Shown here: in pieces, positions 1 through 14,400 of the stretch
Layout of the letters: every line of letters starts with the position of its first letter
Numbering within the stretch: position 1 is the first letter of the stretch
Origin: Catajapyx aquilonaris
Taxonomy: Eukaryota
Direction: 5' to 3'
DNA: 64,000 nucleotides
Assembly (NCBI GenBank): GCA_000934665.2
Contig: KZ537988.1
Location: forward strand, 62,001 to 126,000
Notes under the pieces: model-generated
Database searches by the model: none
What the model was told of the DNA's origin: nothing
Seen by the model: the letters and a program-made list of their open reading frames with translations, nothing else
Program-made: the position numbers and the translations under genes

Positions 1-3000
1 AATGCAAAGATCACCCTGAGCAGCCAGTACCAAGAGCCGTTTGTTCCTACATCGTTGGAAATATTCATTACACTACAGATATGAGCGTCGCATTGTTTTG
101 TATGTTACATCAGTATATTCTCGTCATACATGTATGTTCGTCTGTGCCTCATACATTTATACTGCGCAATATATACGCACGTGTCAGGTGTAAGTAGGTC
201 TGCTCGGTATATTTTAAAATAATTTTGTGCCCTATCTGTTCCAACAGTACTTTTTAAAGATATTGACATAAACATTACTCACCATTGTCAACAAGACTGT
301 GCATGCAGCATTAGAATAATATTCGCTAAATTACTAGCCAATTTTCAAATTGATAATTTCAGCATTTTTGAACATTACCCATATGTGCAGAATCCCCACA
401 CCCAGCAAGAATATATCTTCAGCAAAGCCCAAAAAAGCCCCTAATTTTTAACACAGCATAATTTCATTGCCCATTGTTAACCCCAGCGCCAACGTGAAAC
501 ACCCTGCTGGCACAACAAAATTCACGCTCCTAGTCGCAGGTGCAACAACAACACGCCAAAAAGCAGGGGTGTATATAACACTCCTTGTCCCGCTTTTTTT
601 TCCCCAGGACCAGACCTAGGATGGCGGCCAGTGTGGAGGGAGGGGGTGGCGGCAAATTGTGCAGCTTTTACCCAAGAGTGGATTTATAGGGCGCTGTGGG
701 CTGCGTTTTGAGGTTCATAACCCGGGGGTTGCAATGAGTTAATAAGCAACACACTATTAGGCTGCTCCATTTGTTTCCCCACGATTTGTCACTCCCACGA
801 GCTAAGTGGCGCCTTCCTCGCCCCCTGGGTGAATAATAGAGCCCGAATGCCCGCAGATAAAATTGTAATCGCTCTTGGCTTTAGCTGGGCGTTTACTTCC
901 ACTACTGCACGAGGAGGAGAGCAGAGGAGGGGGTAGAGAGAAAAAAGTAAGATGGAAGAGGAGGATGGGAGGCTATTTTCAGCACCTGTTGGCCAGAATG
1001 AGCCCACAGAAATATCCCCCCCGACTTATGAGTTGGTGGCTCTCCCATGTTATCCTTTGAGATGCCAAGAAACTCAAAGGGGACGGTAGAGAGAGACAGA
1101 GAGCGGGTGAGAAATAAGGGGGNGGGTGGGGGAAGAGATGGCCATATTGTCCTCAATTGCGTCACATGGTGGGGGCACTTTCACCTTAGTCCCTTCTGGG
1201 GGCGACTCTACGTCTTGGCGATTTTTCTGTGTCACGTCTCTCGCATCATGATCCGTAAAATCGCCGTTTGGAAGGTCGAGTTTTGTCTTATGAGTAGCCA
1301 GCATGCGATTACTGCGCTTGCTATGGCATTTAAAATTTAAATGTGCCACGCCCCTCAAGAAATAAATGGGAGGCTACACCTCACGTAGTGCTAAGTGGTG
1401 AAAATGCTAATGACACATAATTACCGGTATGTATATGGTAAATGCAGCTGGTTTCACTTTTTCACACTTGTAACCGAACTGTTTTCACACACAACAATTT
1501 TTTTACTTATCTAATCCCATAATCATCACAGCATTAAAAGACTAGCGGGTTTCCACACACTCAACATATGCATTTTTTCCACAATCATTTTGCCTGCGAA
1601 TAAAGCATCGCGCTAAATGCACAGCTAATGAATCTCAAACTGCCGTCAGTCAATCCATCGGAATGCATCACTAGTTGACCACAATTGAGGTCACTATCAG
1701 GAATTACGCTATCTGGCCTCTTCACAGCAAACACATGTAATTGCTGATAAAACCGTTCCGACTTACGCAAATAGGACTCGTGTTCGAGTTATCTCCTATT
1801 AGGATTTTTTGCGCCCATGCGGCTAAACAAACAGGGGTCAGAGAAAATTAATACTGTATGTTTGTCACACTACTAGTCCTTAAAAATTTCGACAGTAAAA
1901 GCGGTGATTGTCAACCCACATCACTAAACGTTCGGGGAGTGTTCATGACCCAAAATAATTATCAACATGACGCGAAAAAGCAACGCTCGTTGTGTTTATG
2001 CCGGCAATTTTCCCGCAACCGCCAACTTTTTTCCGGTATACGTTAGTATGTTAGTAAAACGCATTCTTTACAACCCCGTTGGGGTCATTTTCAAGCGCGT
2101 GAATTACTATTTTGGCACACGCATTTAACTTTAATCTCTAATACCACCATTAGTGTCACTCCCGACGTAAGATCGCCAGACAAAATTATCAGGAAGTCAA
2201 AAGTTGCCGGTAACTTTTCACGCCGGCTAATTTATTCGCCAACTGCACACATGCAGACGCAGTGCACAATAACTCCCGTTAACAAGTTTGGCTACAGCCT
2301 ATTTACAACCTGATTCGCAGAATAACTCGATATCACAGCAAAATTTTATTCATTTGATCATTTGAACATGCCTAAATGAATTCCGATCAAAACGTGACCT
2401 GATCAGGCCCACGTGCACGTGACAAATTCAGTTTACACCGGTGCTTCACCCTAATCACCGATCACCTCACCCAATGCCCCAATACCGCCAAATCACTCCG
2501 CATTACAAACTCCCCGCGGCTAACTACAAACGCAGGGGTGCCCCAGCCCCGCGTAATTTTGTTATGAATTCTTTACCATGTCATTCCGGCCCCGAAAAAT
2601 TCCAATAATCAAATCGCAGGGCCCTGTACCCCGAATCACAATCAAGAAATTCCATCCAACCCTTACTATCTTGGCGGGGCTAACGTCCGCCACTATAAAA
2701 ACACAAAAATCCCATCATTGCACCGGCACATGACAAACCAGCAGCAGAATACAATGCAACGTCAACGTCATTTTTCCCCCAGTCCACTTTTGGCGCCCGG
2801 TTCTTTCTTTGGGGAGAGCGGCGATTTTATTGACCGGGCACAGAGGCGCGCGCGATGGAGAGAAAACGCTGATGAAAAATCCGGGGGCCTCCACCCCCAC
2901 CCTGCACGCGGAACCGCCGTCATCTGTTCGTCAGTTTTCCCTCCCCCAGTTTTCTCCATACGGCAGGTCAGTAGTGGGAATGACTCAAGCCTCAGACTCC

Positions 3001-3581
3001 TTGACAACCTAACCTAACTGACGGACTTGAAAAGCGCCCGTTTTTCCTCCCGTCAACTTGAGCCTTGTCATCCGTCACTTTTTGGTCTCTGGATGCGCCC
3101 ACTCCTAATCTTGCCCCCTATACTTTTTTTTTTTGGCGACACGTGCATGTACCTGTGGCCATGTGCTGGCCATTTAAATAAACAACTGTAATGAGTGTGC
3201 AAACTGGACCGGCAAAAAGGGCCGGTAGCATGTCACAATTTAGAGAGGATCATTTTGCGATGGTATCTGCATACTTATTCCCCGATAGTCATAAAATACT
3301 TTATGGTTGGTGGGCAATATTCGATATTCGTACTGTACTATAATGCACCAGATATAATATGTATTGACCCTGATTTATGCATACTGTGGCATAACCGTTG
3401 CAAATTCCGATGCATTTTATGTCGCGATCAATTCCAATCGAACATTCCAAAATGCTATCATTTTATAAAACAGGCCCCAATGTTTACAAAGACCTTAATA
3501 AGCGTATAAATAACATTTATTTTCTCAATCGAATAGCTGTACAGTAGTTGAGCACACAACATTGGAAATATTTATCTGAAC

Positions 3582-3775
3582 GACCCGGTGGCGTACCGTA
3601 GTGGTTCGTGTCACACTTCCATCGATGAGATTCCGAGTTCGATCCCCGGATAGGACATAATTATGTATTTCTTCTGTTGAACATTTTTCGACGGGTTCTG
3701 TCCGCGTGGTTTTCTAGGTCTTCTACCGTTTCTTGCCACTGTCAAAATCCATCTGCAGTGCAACCAATGAATAAA
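3582..3775 (+). mobile_element. degenerate tRNA-derived SINE (V-domain-like family), exd intron 2
   Basis: A-box-like GGTGGCGTA and B-box GAGTTCGATCCC, then GGGTTCTGTCCGCGTGGTTTTCT..CCGTTTCTTGCCAC..AAAATCCATC, which aligns by eye with 34937-35142. Confidence 0.65.
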
Positions 3776-4831
3776 TACACGAATAAAGAATATGCCTACA
3801 GAGACCATGGGGTAACAAATTATTCAAATCAAAGTTATTTTTCCCATCTCCAGCCATGTGGCTCATGGCAACTTATGAAAGTTGCACAGGGCATCTCAAT
3901 TATTAACTGTACATTACCGAAGAAGAAAAAAAGTTTCAGCCAAACATATCCTGTCAATATGCAACCATCAGCACTCCAGTGTTTTATTTTTCCCCTTGAC
4001 TTCATCATGAGCAAGTGATGGTCATATAATACCAGCTGTTTTGGCTGAAACTTTTTTTTTTCAGATAATACACATATCTTGGTACACTTCTTGTTATTCA
4101 AACAAATATTATCATTAAAATTTCAGCATTATTAACTTCAGGCCACTTGTATCAACTCATATTAAAGAAAATCTCTAATTATGTGTGGTGAATACTTGTA
4201 TTAGTACAGTACTTGTATATAATCAGGTATTTCCCTTGCTTTGTGTTGATACAACCAGCCCTAACATACTGTGTACTCTGCCAAATTTATCAAAATAAAT
4301 CCACGTTACCCACAAGTTGCAACTCATCACAGGTATTAGTGTAAATTATAATAATTATAAAGGTGCAGAGCAGTAAGGCACAGCCCCTAATTGCCACACA
4401 GGTACTTCCTGGCCCCTAACAATCACTTTCCAGCTGTGAATTTGTCCTACACATGGCTTGTGTTCCTACACAATCCCTACGGGAGCGAAATTACTGTTTC
4501 CACTGCTGTTGGCACAGATAAGAAACACACCCACGCCTATCTCTGCCTACAATTTTTCGCCCCGACTCTCGTTTCGCGTGTCGCACTTGGCACTTTTTCA
4601 TTTTTGCGAATACCCCACCCCCTCCATAGCACATGTGGCGAAAGCTAGATCAACACATGAGTTTTCCCTCCTTTCCCACTCAAATCCCACGGATCCTCCT
4701 CCCACTTCCCTCTGTTTACGATCCGACGTCCATTCAGGGGAGAGGCAACATGGCGGCGCCCATGCTTCCATCCCTGGACTCAATGCCACTTGTCCCACCA
4801 AAGGCAATGTGGACACTGCACATTGCCCTCA

Positions 4832-5669
<838 letters not shown>

Positions 5670-5735
5670 AATCCAAACACCAAGGGACAAAGCACAACGG
5701 TTACTCAGCTGCTCGGCCGTCGCCTGCTCCTCAGA

Positions 5736-5760
5736 CGCCGCCGCCGCCGCCGCCGCCGCC
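5736..5760 (-). repeat. (GGC)8 trinucleotide repeat in the probable exd 5' UTR
   Basis: cgccgccgcc... run about 70 nt upstream of the exd ATG. Confidence 0.9.
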
Positions 5761-6249
5761 TCCGTCTCACCCGTGACTCTCTCTCTCCCTTTACGTTAAG
5801 TTACGTGCAGTTACTCGGCCAATAAGCGTACCCCTCAAACGGTCTATTTAAAAAAATAGAACAACACAACCAAAAAGAAACCCCCCAAACACACCCCACC
5901 CCCTGTGGCCCCCTCGTGCTGCTTCAGCCGTGTGTTGTTTGCGCGCGCCTTTCGGGTACAACGTGCACTGGGGTCCTGAGGAAGCACAGCACGCACTCGT
6001 CCCTCGCCGTACACGGGACATCAGAGAGAATCAACGAAAATAAAGGAGGAAAGTAGAAGATAGAAGAACTTTTTTTGTGTGGAGGGTGGGTGTTCTCACG
6101 CGGCAGGCAGGCTTGGCTGGCTGGCAGGGCTGAGTTGGGGTGGCTTTGGCAGGCCGGGCGCGGGTTGGGGTCCCCCCCGGTACGGACCCCGGACGTGGTT
6201 GAGAGGTCCCCGCGTGCTCGCTCGCTCGCCCGCCCTATCCGAGAGTACA

Positions 6250-7040
6250 CTAATAAAATATAGTTCGGCGATGGCGGGCGATGGCGGGTGGTGGTGGTGC
6301 GGTGTGGTGTTCTACAATCGGCTTTGACAGACAGGGGGGAACGACTTTAGGGTGGGCTCTAGTGTTATGCCACTCAATGTCTGAACGCCATAAAACCCTC
6401 AGTCCTAGTGCCATTTAGGGAAGTGAAGCTTTGAAAAACAACCAATCAGAGCGCGAGTTGGGGCGTCTATTTTCTCCCCCAACGCTGCCAATCAACACGA
6501 GGGGTGGAGGGAGAGAGGTGGGGGGGTAGGGGGGGATGGAGGGGAGGGGATGGGGGGGCAGACATGGGGGGGGGGGGNNNNNNNNNNNNNNNNNNNNNNN
6601 NNNNNNNNNNNNNNNNNNNNNNNNNNNNNNNNNNNNNNNNNNNNNNNNNNNNNNNNNNNNNNNNNNNNNNNNNNNNNNNNNNNNNNNNNNNNNNNNNNNN
6701 NNNNNNNNNNNNNNNNNNNNNNNNNNNNNNNNNNNNNNNNNNNNNNNNNNNNNNNNNNNNNNNNNNNNNGAATCCCCCAGTTTCGAGCCCGGAACTCCAA
6801 ATCCGGATAGTAAAGGGAGAGGAGGGGGGGGGAGCACGGGTTGTGTGTGTGTAGTGTACAGAGGGGAGAGGAGGGAGAGGGCTGTGTGTGTGTGTGTGTG
6901 TGTGTTGGTGGTGGGAGGGGAGGGGAGGGGGAGGAAAAGCCCCGCAACTTCGGCCCAGGCGCGCTTCTCTTTTACCAGCCCCCTCCCAGAGACTTGCCTT
7001 TGTGTCAGTCTCGCAGGGCAAGCCCCGCCCACGCGGAGGG
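6250..7040 (-). promoter_or_regulatory. probable exd promoter region
   Basis: CpG/GC-rich. CCAAT boxes at 6442-6446 and 6488-6492, GC box CCCCGCCC near 7024, and long G-tracts. The TSS cannot be determined from sequence. Confidence 0.5.
6578..6769. other. assembly gap (192 N) flanked by poly-G
   Basis: Run of n characters. Confidence 1.
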
Positions 7041-8100
7041 ACAGTTCGTACACGTACAACCACGCACTACCACATGTCCCTAACCGTACATGCACGTACC
7101 CAACTACACTCCGGATAGTGCACTTACGATCTGGCTCATTGTGGCCTCAAACTATCAGAGACTTTTCTCGCAATTTGGCATGATCTGGTCGAGAGTCTGG
7201 GATGGGCGCCTCACGGATGGGAATCCAACATGGCCGCCCAGCTCTGGGGGCAAGTTCGAATCAAAACAAACCACATGTTCTGCTAGCAGGGGGGCGGGCG
7301 CGCTGCTGCGTACCACGATTTCCTCAAACTTCCGCTCCAAATGGCCAGGCCAGTTAGCGGGATGGCTGGATAAGTGGGAGATGGGGCTATTCCGGCTTAA
7401 ATGACTAAAGCTCCTTTTATAAATAAATACCGAGTAATTAATTCCCTTATGCTGGGGAAGCATGCATGGATCTGCTGAAGCGTCAAACTGCCGGCGCCTA
7501 TGCCATGGTGCTTTATTGGGGGTGACACTCTCATATCAGAGCCAGTCGTTTGTCACATGGCCTGTACTAGGCAGTCATTTTTAATCGTAGCAATTAATTT
7601 CATGCCTGTCCATTTTGTTTCAAATACCATTACATATTTATCTATTTATTTAGGGGTTCCCAATTAAGACAATAAAGTCGTCTACGCATTGGTCACAATG
7701 AATGATATTTATTCGCAAACGATCACGGAAAGAGAACAATCATGGCGATGTAAATATTTTGCAAAGCTTCCAAGTGTGTATGCTGTACATCGCTGCAAGT
7801 TAATATTGCCTTACTTATTGTCAACATGTCAGATTACTCCCATCATAAAGTTATCTCAAAATATTTATTTAAGTCGTTTAGGTGAAGATAATTATACACA
7901 CTTTGTAATAAAAAAATTCTTATGTTATCACACAGGAGGTTAATCTTTGTAGTACAGTACAGTGCATGCCATTGTCCGGACTTTTTATTTTAAAAATTTC
8001 CTTACTCTATTACTTTCTGGTTCATCCTGAAGGCTAGATATCCCATGCGCCTCTCTTGCATCATTTACTGCCGCCTTGCAGGGGCTAACTGCACTAGATA

Positions 8101-8215
8101 AGACGGCTTAGGCGAATGGTTAGGTATTGAGAATATCAGTCGCGAGGTCCCAGTTTCGATCTCCGGTGAGATCGTTCCGACAGGCTTTTCTGTGGCTTTT
8201 CCCAGTAGCTACAGG
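8101..8215 (+). mobile_element. old tRNA-SINE head remnant
   Basis: TAGGCGAATGGTTAG...GAGGTCCCAGTTTCGATCTCCGG (A/B-box-like) followed by TTTTCTGTGGCTTTTCCCA. Confidence 0.4.
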
Positions 8216-11200
8216 ACAATAATATTTAGGTGCGGGCTCTGGCCCTTAGCCTCCTCCTTCCAGCCCTACATCCTTGTCCCTAAAATCTGTATCATGAATG
8301 AAGTGAGCTACCGTACTGCATTAGTATGTGCTTACATTGGCGTCAACGTATTTCATTAGAGGCATTTCCGTAATTTAAATAAAGATAAATTAAATGATAC
8401 ACACTAGGTATTTTCCCTATTATGTTCATGTAAATTACTGTAATATACTATATTCACAGTATAATGCTACACTTAAAATATTCATCCACAGGTTTTGTGA
8501 TCATACGAAGAAAAGTAACTTACAACTCTTGCTACATAACCGGTATATAATTGTACATAATTTTATGCAAACTAGAATATTCGCATGCATTAAAATAAGT
8601 GTCCATTTGTGACTGTACTGAACAAATACTGCAACTGTTGATGATGTATTCAACAGTCAGTACGCCCACGGTAAAATAAATACTCCGAGTAATAATAAAT
8701 AAATATTAAAATAGACATTCAGTGAAAATTAAAACACAGTTTTGCCATCGAGCTAATTATGCACAATAAATTATAAGCCAGTCTAGTAAAACTGTTATCC
8801 ATGAAACTAATCAGCAATAAATCACGATGATAACAACCTTAAGATAAGGGTGTACAGTATGTTGATGATAACACCTGCCGCCAAATTTTAAACTCAAAAA
8901 AATACAAAGTGTGCAAAAAGTTCAAATTAAAAACTTATCCTACACCGACTTTTTATCAAGTTTTGGTAGGCTTATAACTTACTCATTACCCCCCTGCAAA
9001 GTAGAAATAATGAAATTAAGAATCGTTCTACATTTTCTTTTCGCATGATAATTTATACGATGGTCCTACGTTGTGATGGAGAATGGAGGGTGAAAGGGGA
9101 GGGGAAGAGGGTGAAGGAAGATATATGAAGCCTGGAGGGAGTAGGGAAAGGGGGGTAAGAAGTTTTCCCCTTCAAAAAAAATCCAACACTTTTGGCTCCT
9201 AGTCTAAACAAAAGTGATTAAGTCAACTTCCACTGGGTATGGTTACACTACGCGGCTACCTGACGTATTCATAAATAATATGTGAAAAACCGGTACATCT
9301 TCCAATAACTTGCTGCATGTTTTGAATATTTCTCTTACACTGTGTGTGTGCCTGTCTCTCAACCCTGCTTCTTGTCGTAAATCAAATACAGTAACGTATT
9401 GGCGCAGCGGTGGCACGATATTTTTGTCATCAGTAATTATGTAAAAAGGCCTAAAAACTGGACCCTTCACGCAAAGTGGTAAATTTGCGCGCACCTGTGT
9501 CATTAATTTTTGCGATCGCGTCCCAGCAAATTAGCAGTGAGTGACTAATTGTTCCTAGACAACACGACCAATTATGTCCATTTGGCTAATCTGCTTCCGT
9601 GCCAATTAGGGCTACGTCAAGCTAAACTTGACCAAAAAGTTAAGGCTACGTCAAGTTAAACTTGACCAAAAGTGACCCGGCTATTCTTGCTCTCAGTTCC
9701 CGAAATAAAGTTTGTCGGCATAATTTCATCAGCGGTGCGGATTCATCTTCAGGCTGGCCACGCCTAAATTGGGTTAGGCCTACTCCAGCACATTAGACTT
9801 ACACCGCTTTAATATTAAATTAGGCTTCAGCCCCTTCCAACCTGCAAATTACGTGGCCTGTAGGACCTTACAGGCGTCCCCCCTACCCAAAATGGCTACA
9901 AAAGTTGCCTACGAGGGAAGCCTTAATTTATGGCCTGGACAAATAATTATTTAGAGGCAGAAAGCAGATCAATTGCAATCTGATACGGGCTGAAAATTAC
10001 TACCATCATTTGAGGATTGACCGTTAAAGCGCGCTGTTTACACTAGAGACAGCGAATGGGGGCCTAACATGCACGGTCTGCGTAAAATATCCATTCTGAC
10101 TGTACAAGAGCAGCTTATAGGCCTATAGAACAAGGCAGGAAAACATATTGCGATGCATCCATATTGCAATTGCGATGGTATGATTCATACTGACATATGG
10201 TTTCATCTAGAGCTATAGTTAGCCAGAGTGGTACAGGCTCAGTGTTTAATTAATATTTCTTATTGAGCAAAAATATCAACGGAGTGGGTTGCCATTTTTT
10301 TATCGCCTCTCATATACAGGTGAGTATTGCGAAGGACACGGTAACAAGTTCAGAACAAACCGGTTACTGAGGACAATCCACGGATTTTGCGGGGGTAACA
10401 GACTGGTGTAGAATAGGTGCAGGTGCAGGTATGTACGAAGGCCATATAAAATGAGCCAGCTTTTGTAAGTTAAATTAGCGTCAAATAAATTCATTAAGAG
10501 TTAAACGTGAAATTGAATTCTAAAGTAACAGTCATGCTGATCAATCACCATAATCCAGAGAATTTTGATCAAATGCAAGTATTGAAAAACTCTTTGGAAT
10601 GAATAGCCAGGTAATGAGAAAATCTGACTTCGTACAGCGATTATTATATTGCGCAAAATGGCATTAAACTGTAGAACCCTGCAAGTATAGGTATGTACAG
10701 TATATGTCGGTGTATTGCTTGTTTTATGAAGTGGTGATTTGTAATGACTAATAAATTACTCTCGATTTTTACAAGTGACAAATGACATCACGGTTGATGT
10801 CACAGCCAAACGAGTTATAGTGTACTAACATTGGTTTACAATGGTGATGCCATTTGGCACATTATAAAAATTATAACAATTATTGCGGATACATTTTTTG
10901 ACTTCTAGATTCTCAAGGCAATCCACAGCTAAGCGTCTAATTCCTTGAGGTCTATAATGCGGAATACTTTCCTCTTGTTGGCCACGGATTTAGAGACCAG
11001 TCAAGTAGATTGCACGATAGACCTTTCATAATAGACTAATACTGGTGAAATCATTTCAAGTTTGAATTATATTACGAGAATATAATTCACTTATTAGGAA
11101 ACACATACAATAACCTACTAATCATATTGGCTTAAATGACTTCCTCAGTTGCAGCTTGCTGGAGTTGATTTCAGTTGTATTATTTATGTTATGTACCCAT

Positions 11201-11237
11201 CATGCAAAATTATGTAATTTTAGGTAATATTATACAG

Positions 11238-11447
11238 CAGCGTGGTGCGCGGCCCAAGCAGTTCAAAACGATGTAGGGGAGGAAGGATTGTTTATCCCAG
11301 TAATTTTCTCAAATGATCCTCTCTGGTAGCAACAATCACGGCCACATTCCCCTGTGATGTCTGCTAACCATCTTTAAAACCGGTTGGAGGTAAACAAGAA
11401 AATAAAGGCTTCTTCACCTGCCGGAGACTTGTCTGTGCACCACCCTG
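11238..11447. mobile_element. possible old MITE with CAGGGTG-type ends
   Basis: Left CAGCGTGGTGCGC and right GTGCACCACCCTG (followed by TA) form imperfect 13-bp inverted repeats. Confidence 0.35.
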
Positions 11448-14400
11448 TATGCCAGTCTTATTGTACCGGTACAGTATATACCCCAATTCAGGATATAGTG
11501 TAATTTACCGCCAACGTTTGACTTATACAGTTTCAGGTTTGCGTTTCAATATATTTAGTATATTTTTCAAAACATAAAATACCATCAATGTTTGGGCCAT
11601 TTATCATCCCAAAATTCCCCCTCTTTTGTTCTCGTCCAGTAAATGCCTTCTGTCAAAAGGAAATAATTGTAGGCCACAGTTTAACACAGTGTTGATAATT
11701 GCAGCTATTCAGTTGCAACTCCATGACCAATATAAGGATACACTCTCCTCAACGAGGAAACTTAGGGTCGTCTCTGCCTTAGTTTTTTTCCCTCTCCTCG
11801 TCCCCCTCCTTTCGAAATGGACATCCTCGTTCAGCCACGTGGCAAATGGAAGATTTTTGGGGCGTAACAATGTAGTGGAATTGTGAATTGGGCCGTTAAT
11901 GCGGATGGGAGATAGCCCCGGAATATTCTCAATGGCCGAGGAAAGATAACCCTCCTCAAGTCACTATTACATAGGCCCACCAACTGCTGCTCTCATATAT
12001 ACAGATTTTAGTTAACATACCTGTATGTTTTGGAAATACAACATTATGGTCCAAGTTATGAGGTCAAATGTGATGTCACCTTTATTGCCACTTGTTAGCA
12101 ATAATCAGCAATATCATTTGGAACTTTAAATAATCGGCATATAATGGTTGCATATCGCCAGGATATGTATGTCTAAAACAGTTTTGACAGATAATACAAT
12201 GCAAAGTTTATATTATGCTATTTATTGGGTGCAAATGACGTCAACATTGCTACTGTTACGCAAGTCACAATAACAAAGGTGATGCCATTGGCACCATATA
12301 AAAATCGGTGTAGGCCCATGGGTAGATTAATTTAATCATAACACAGACCACCGGTGCAGTAAAACACACCCTATTCAAGTGCTCGTAACTGACTCTTATT
12401 ACGCTAAGGGCTGACTTGAAAATGACGTAGCGCTGAATGAGCACACTGATATACAAATACGACTTAACAGTACCATTGTCATTAGATTGCCAGCAGGAGG
12501 GGAGAAAAAATTAACGCTTAGGGGGACTTTAAAACATCCAACTCCGTCCCCTGACATCAATAAATGAATCAGCGAGTTCCCTCTCCCTCGCCTTGATTAT
12601 CTATTCCAGCCTGCCATTTCTTTATTTTCATTGACGCGACCTGTATAATAGATAATTAAGAAGCCGGTCGTAAAAATGCTAGTCGACACTTGTAAGGCGG
12701 TCCGGATTTTATTTCACCCGTGTCATTTGCACACACCGCCTGATATCAATTAATGAACGACATGTCCTCCTGTATTTTTTTTGTGTGTGTCAACCAGGCT
12801 ATATACGCCATCCCAATTTTTTCTCCATCCATGACTACGTCAACTGCCTCCCCCCTGCCATCTATAAATTGGGGGAACCTATTTGTTACATGGGTAACAG
12901 TTTTATTGGGCTACAAAATAGGTTTTGGGAGTAGCAGCAGCAGTAGCCCATTCCCTCCCCAGATTAGGCTACACACATTGGACATTACAGCTGTTGGAGC
13001 TTGATAGATGGTTCATGTCACTCAACAAATACACACCCACACACACACGCGGCAACATGTGTGTCATGCCGTCCTTGCACACATGAATGCGCCTCCGTTT
13101 TCCAGGCGAGACACAATGGATATGGCTTGGAATCAGAACCAGGAGCGGAGGAAATTATGCCACGGGGGGAAACACTCACATACACATGTCACACGTGTCG
13201 CTTCCTGGATTTGTCACATGCACAAAATAGGCCGTTTATTTCTGCCCATGGGAAATATATGCACAAGCAGCACAGGTAAATTCGTGCCGATTACACTGCA
13301 CAATGTGCTGGGAGGTATGCCATCGTTTGTGCGTCAGTTCCCCAGGATATCTCTCAAATCGCCTTTTTAAAATGTTTGCCCAAAGTCGCGTGCTGTGTGG
13401 TTTAGCATAGATATTGCATCAAGTATTACATACCAAACAAAAGGGAAGGGTGCACCTGCATTTTTATTAAATTGGATTTGCTGTTTCTCTCAGAAAATGC
13501 ACTCGCATTGTCAGCCATTTGCTGCAAAAACAACACGGGCAGCAGCGTTACCATTATATTCATAAATGAATAAGTGAATAATGCACTAGCTTAACAGACT
13601 ATCGCATGTACAGCTGTAGACTGTATCCGATTATGTTGAGACAGGTATGGGACCAGACGGCATAATCAAGCAGGCATAATTCATCGCATGAACATTATGG
13701 AAAAGTGCATTAAGTCTACAGAAACACAATCGACTCTTTCAGAGCTAATGCGATTCGAAAACTGTGCAAATGTTTCATATTTCAGCTTCCGTATTGTTGT
13801 TAAAGAAATGGTTGGAAAAAAAAAGAGAGGTCGGCCCAGTGAGCCAGAAAGCAACAGAGTGACAATTATTTTATACATTGCATTGCCTAATTCAGCACTA
13901 TGAAAGACCCCTGCCTCCTCTATTTGCATGTCGAGGACGACAAACTTTTCTCAGCGAGGCGTTCGGTTCAATTCCACCCCCAACCCCGAAGAAAAGTAAA
14001 TTAAAGTCGCTCCCCAGCTGTGTCCCGGCAAGACGTCCACGTTTTCCTTTTCACCCCCGCGGTCGTGACGTCACCACGCTTACAACACCGACAAAACTGC
14101 AGGACATTCCATTTTACTTGCACATCTAATCGCTTTGACGTCGCGGGATTTAAAGTTTCAGAAAAGACATTTCCTGCATGCAAATGCTCGAGTGTACCTG
14201 AAAAATATTGCAATAAATTTGGCTCTTAATTTCCTACGCATTTTACCGCCTGTCGACATTCATGGGAGTTCTGCCCTACACCTAAATGAGGCAACGTCCG
14301 GCTGTAATTAGTGGCTTTTTGACATTGGAACGTAGCAGTTACGTCGAACTTTAGCAGGTGGAATGTAACAAGTTTCTACCTGAAATATTGAATTCATATC

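Noticed and set aside
6415..7183. Long ORFs spanning the N gap
   Set aside because: Artefacts of N runs and low-complexity G/GT tracts.
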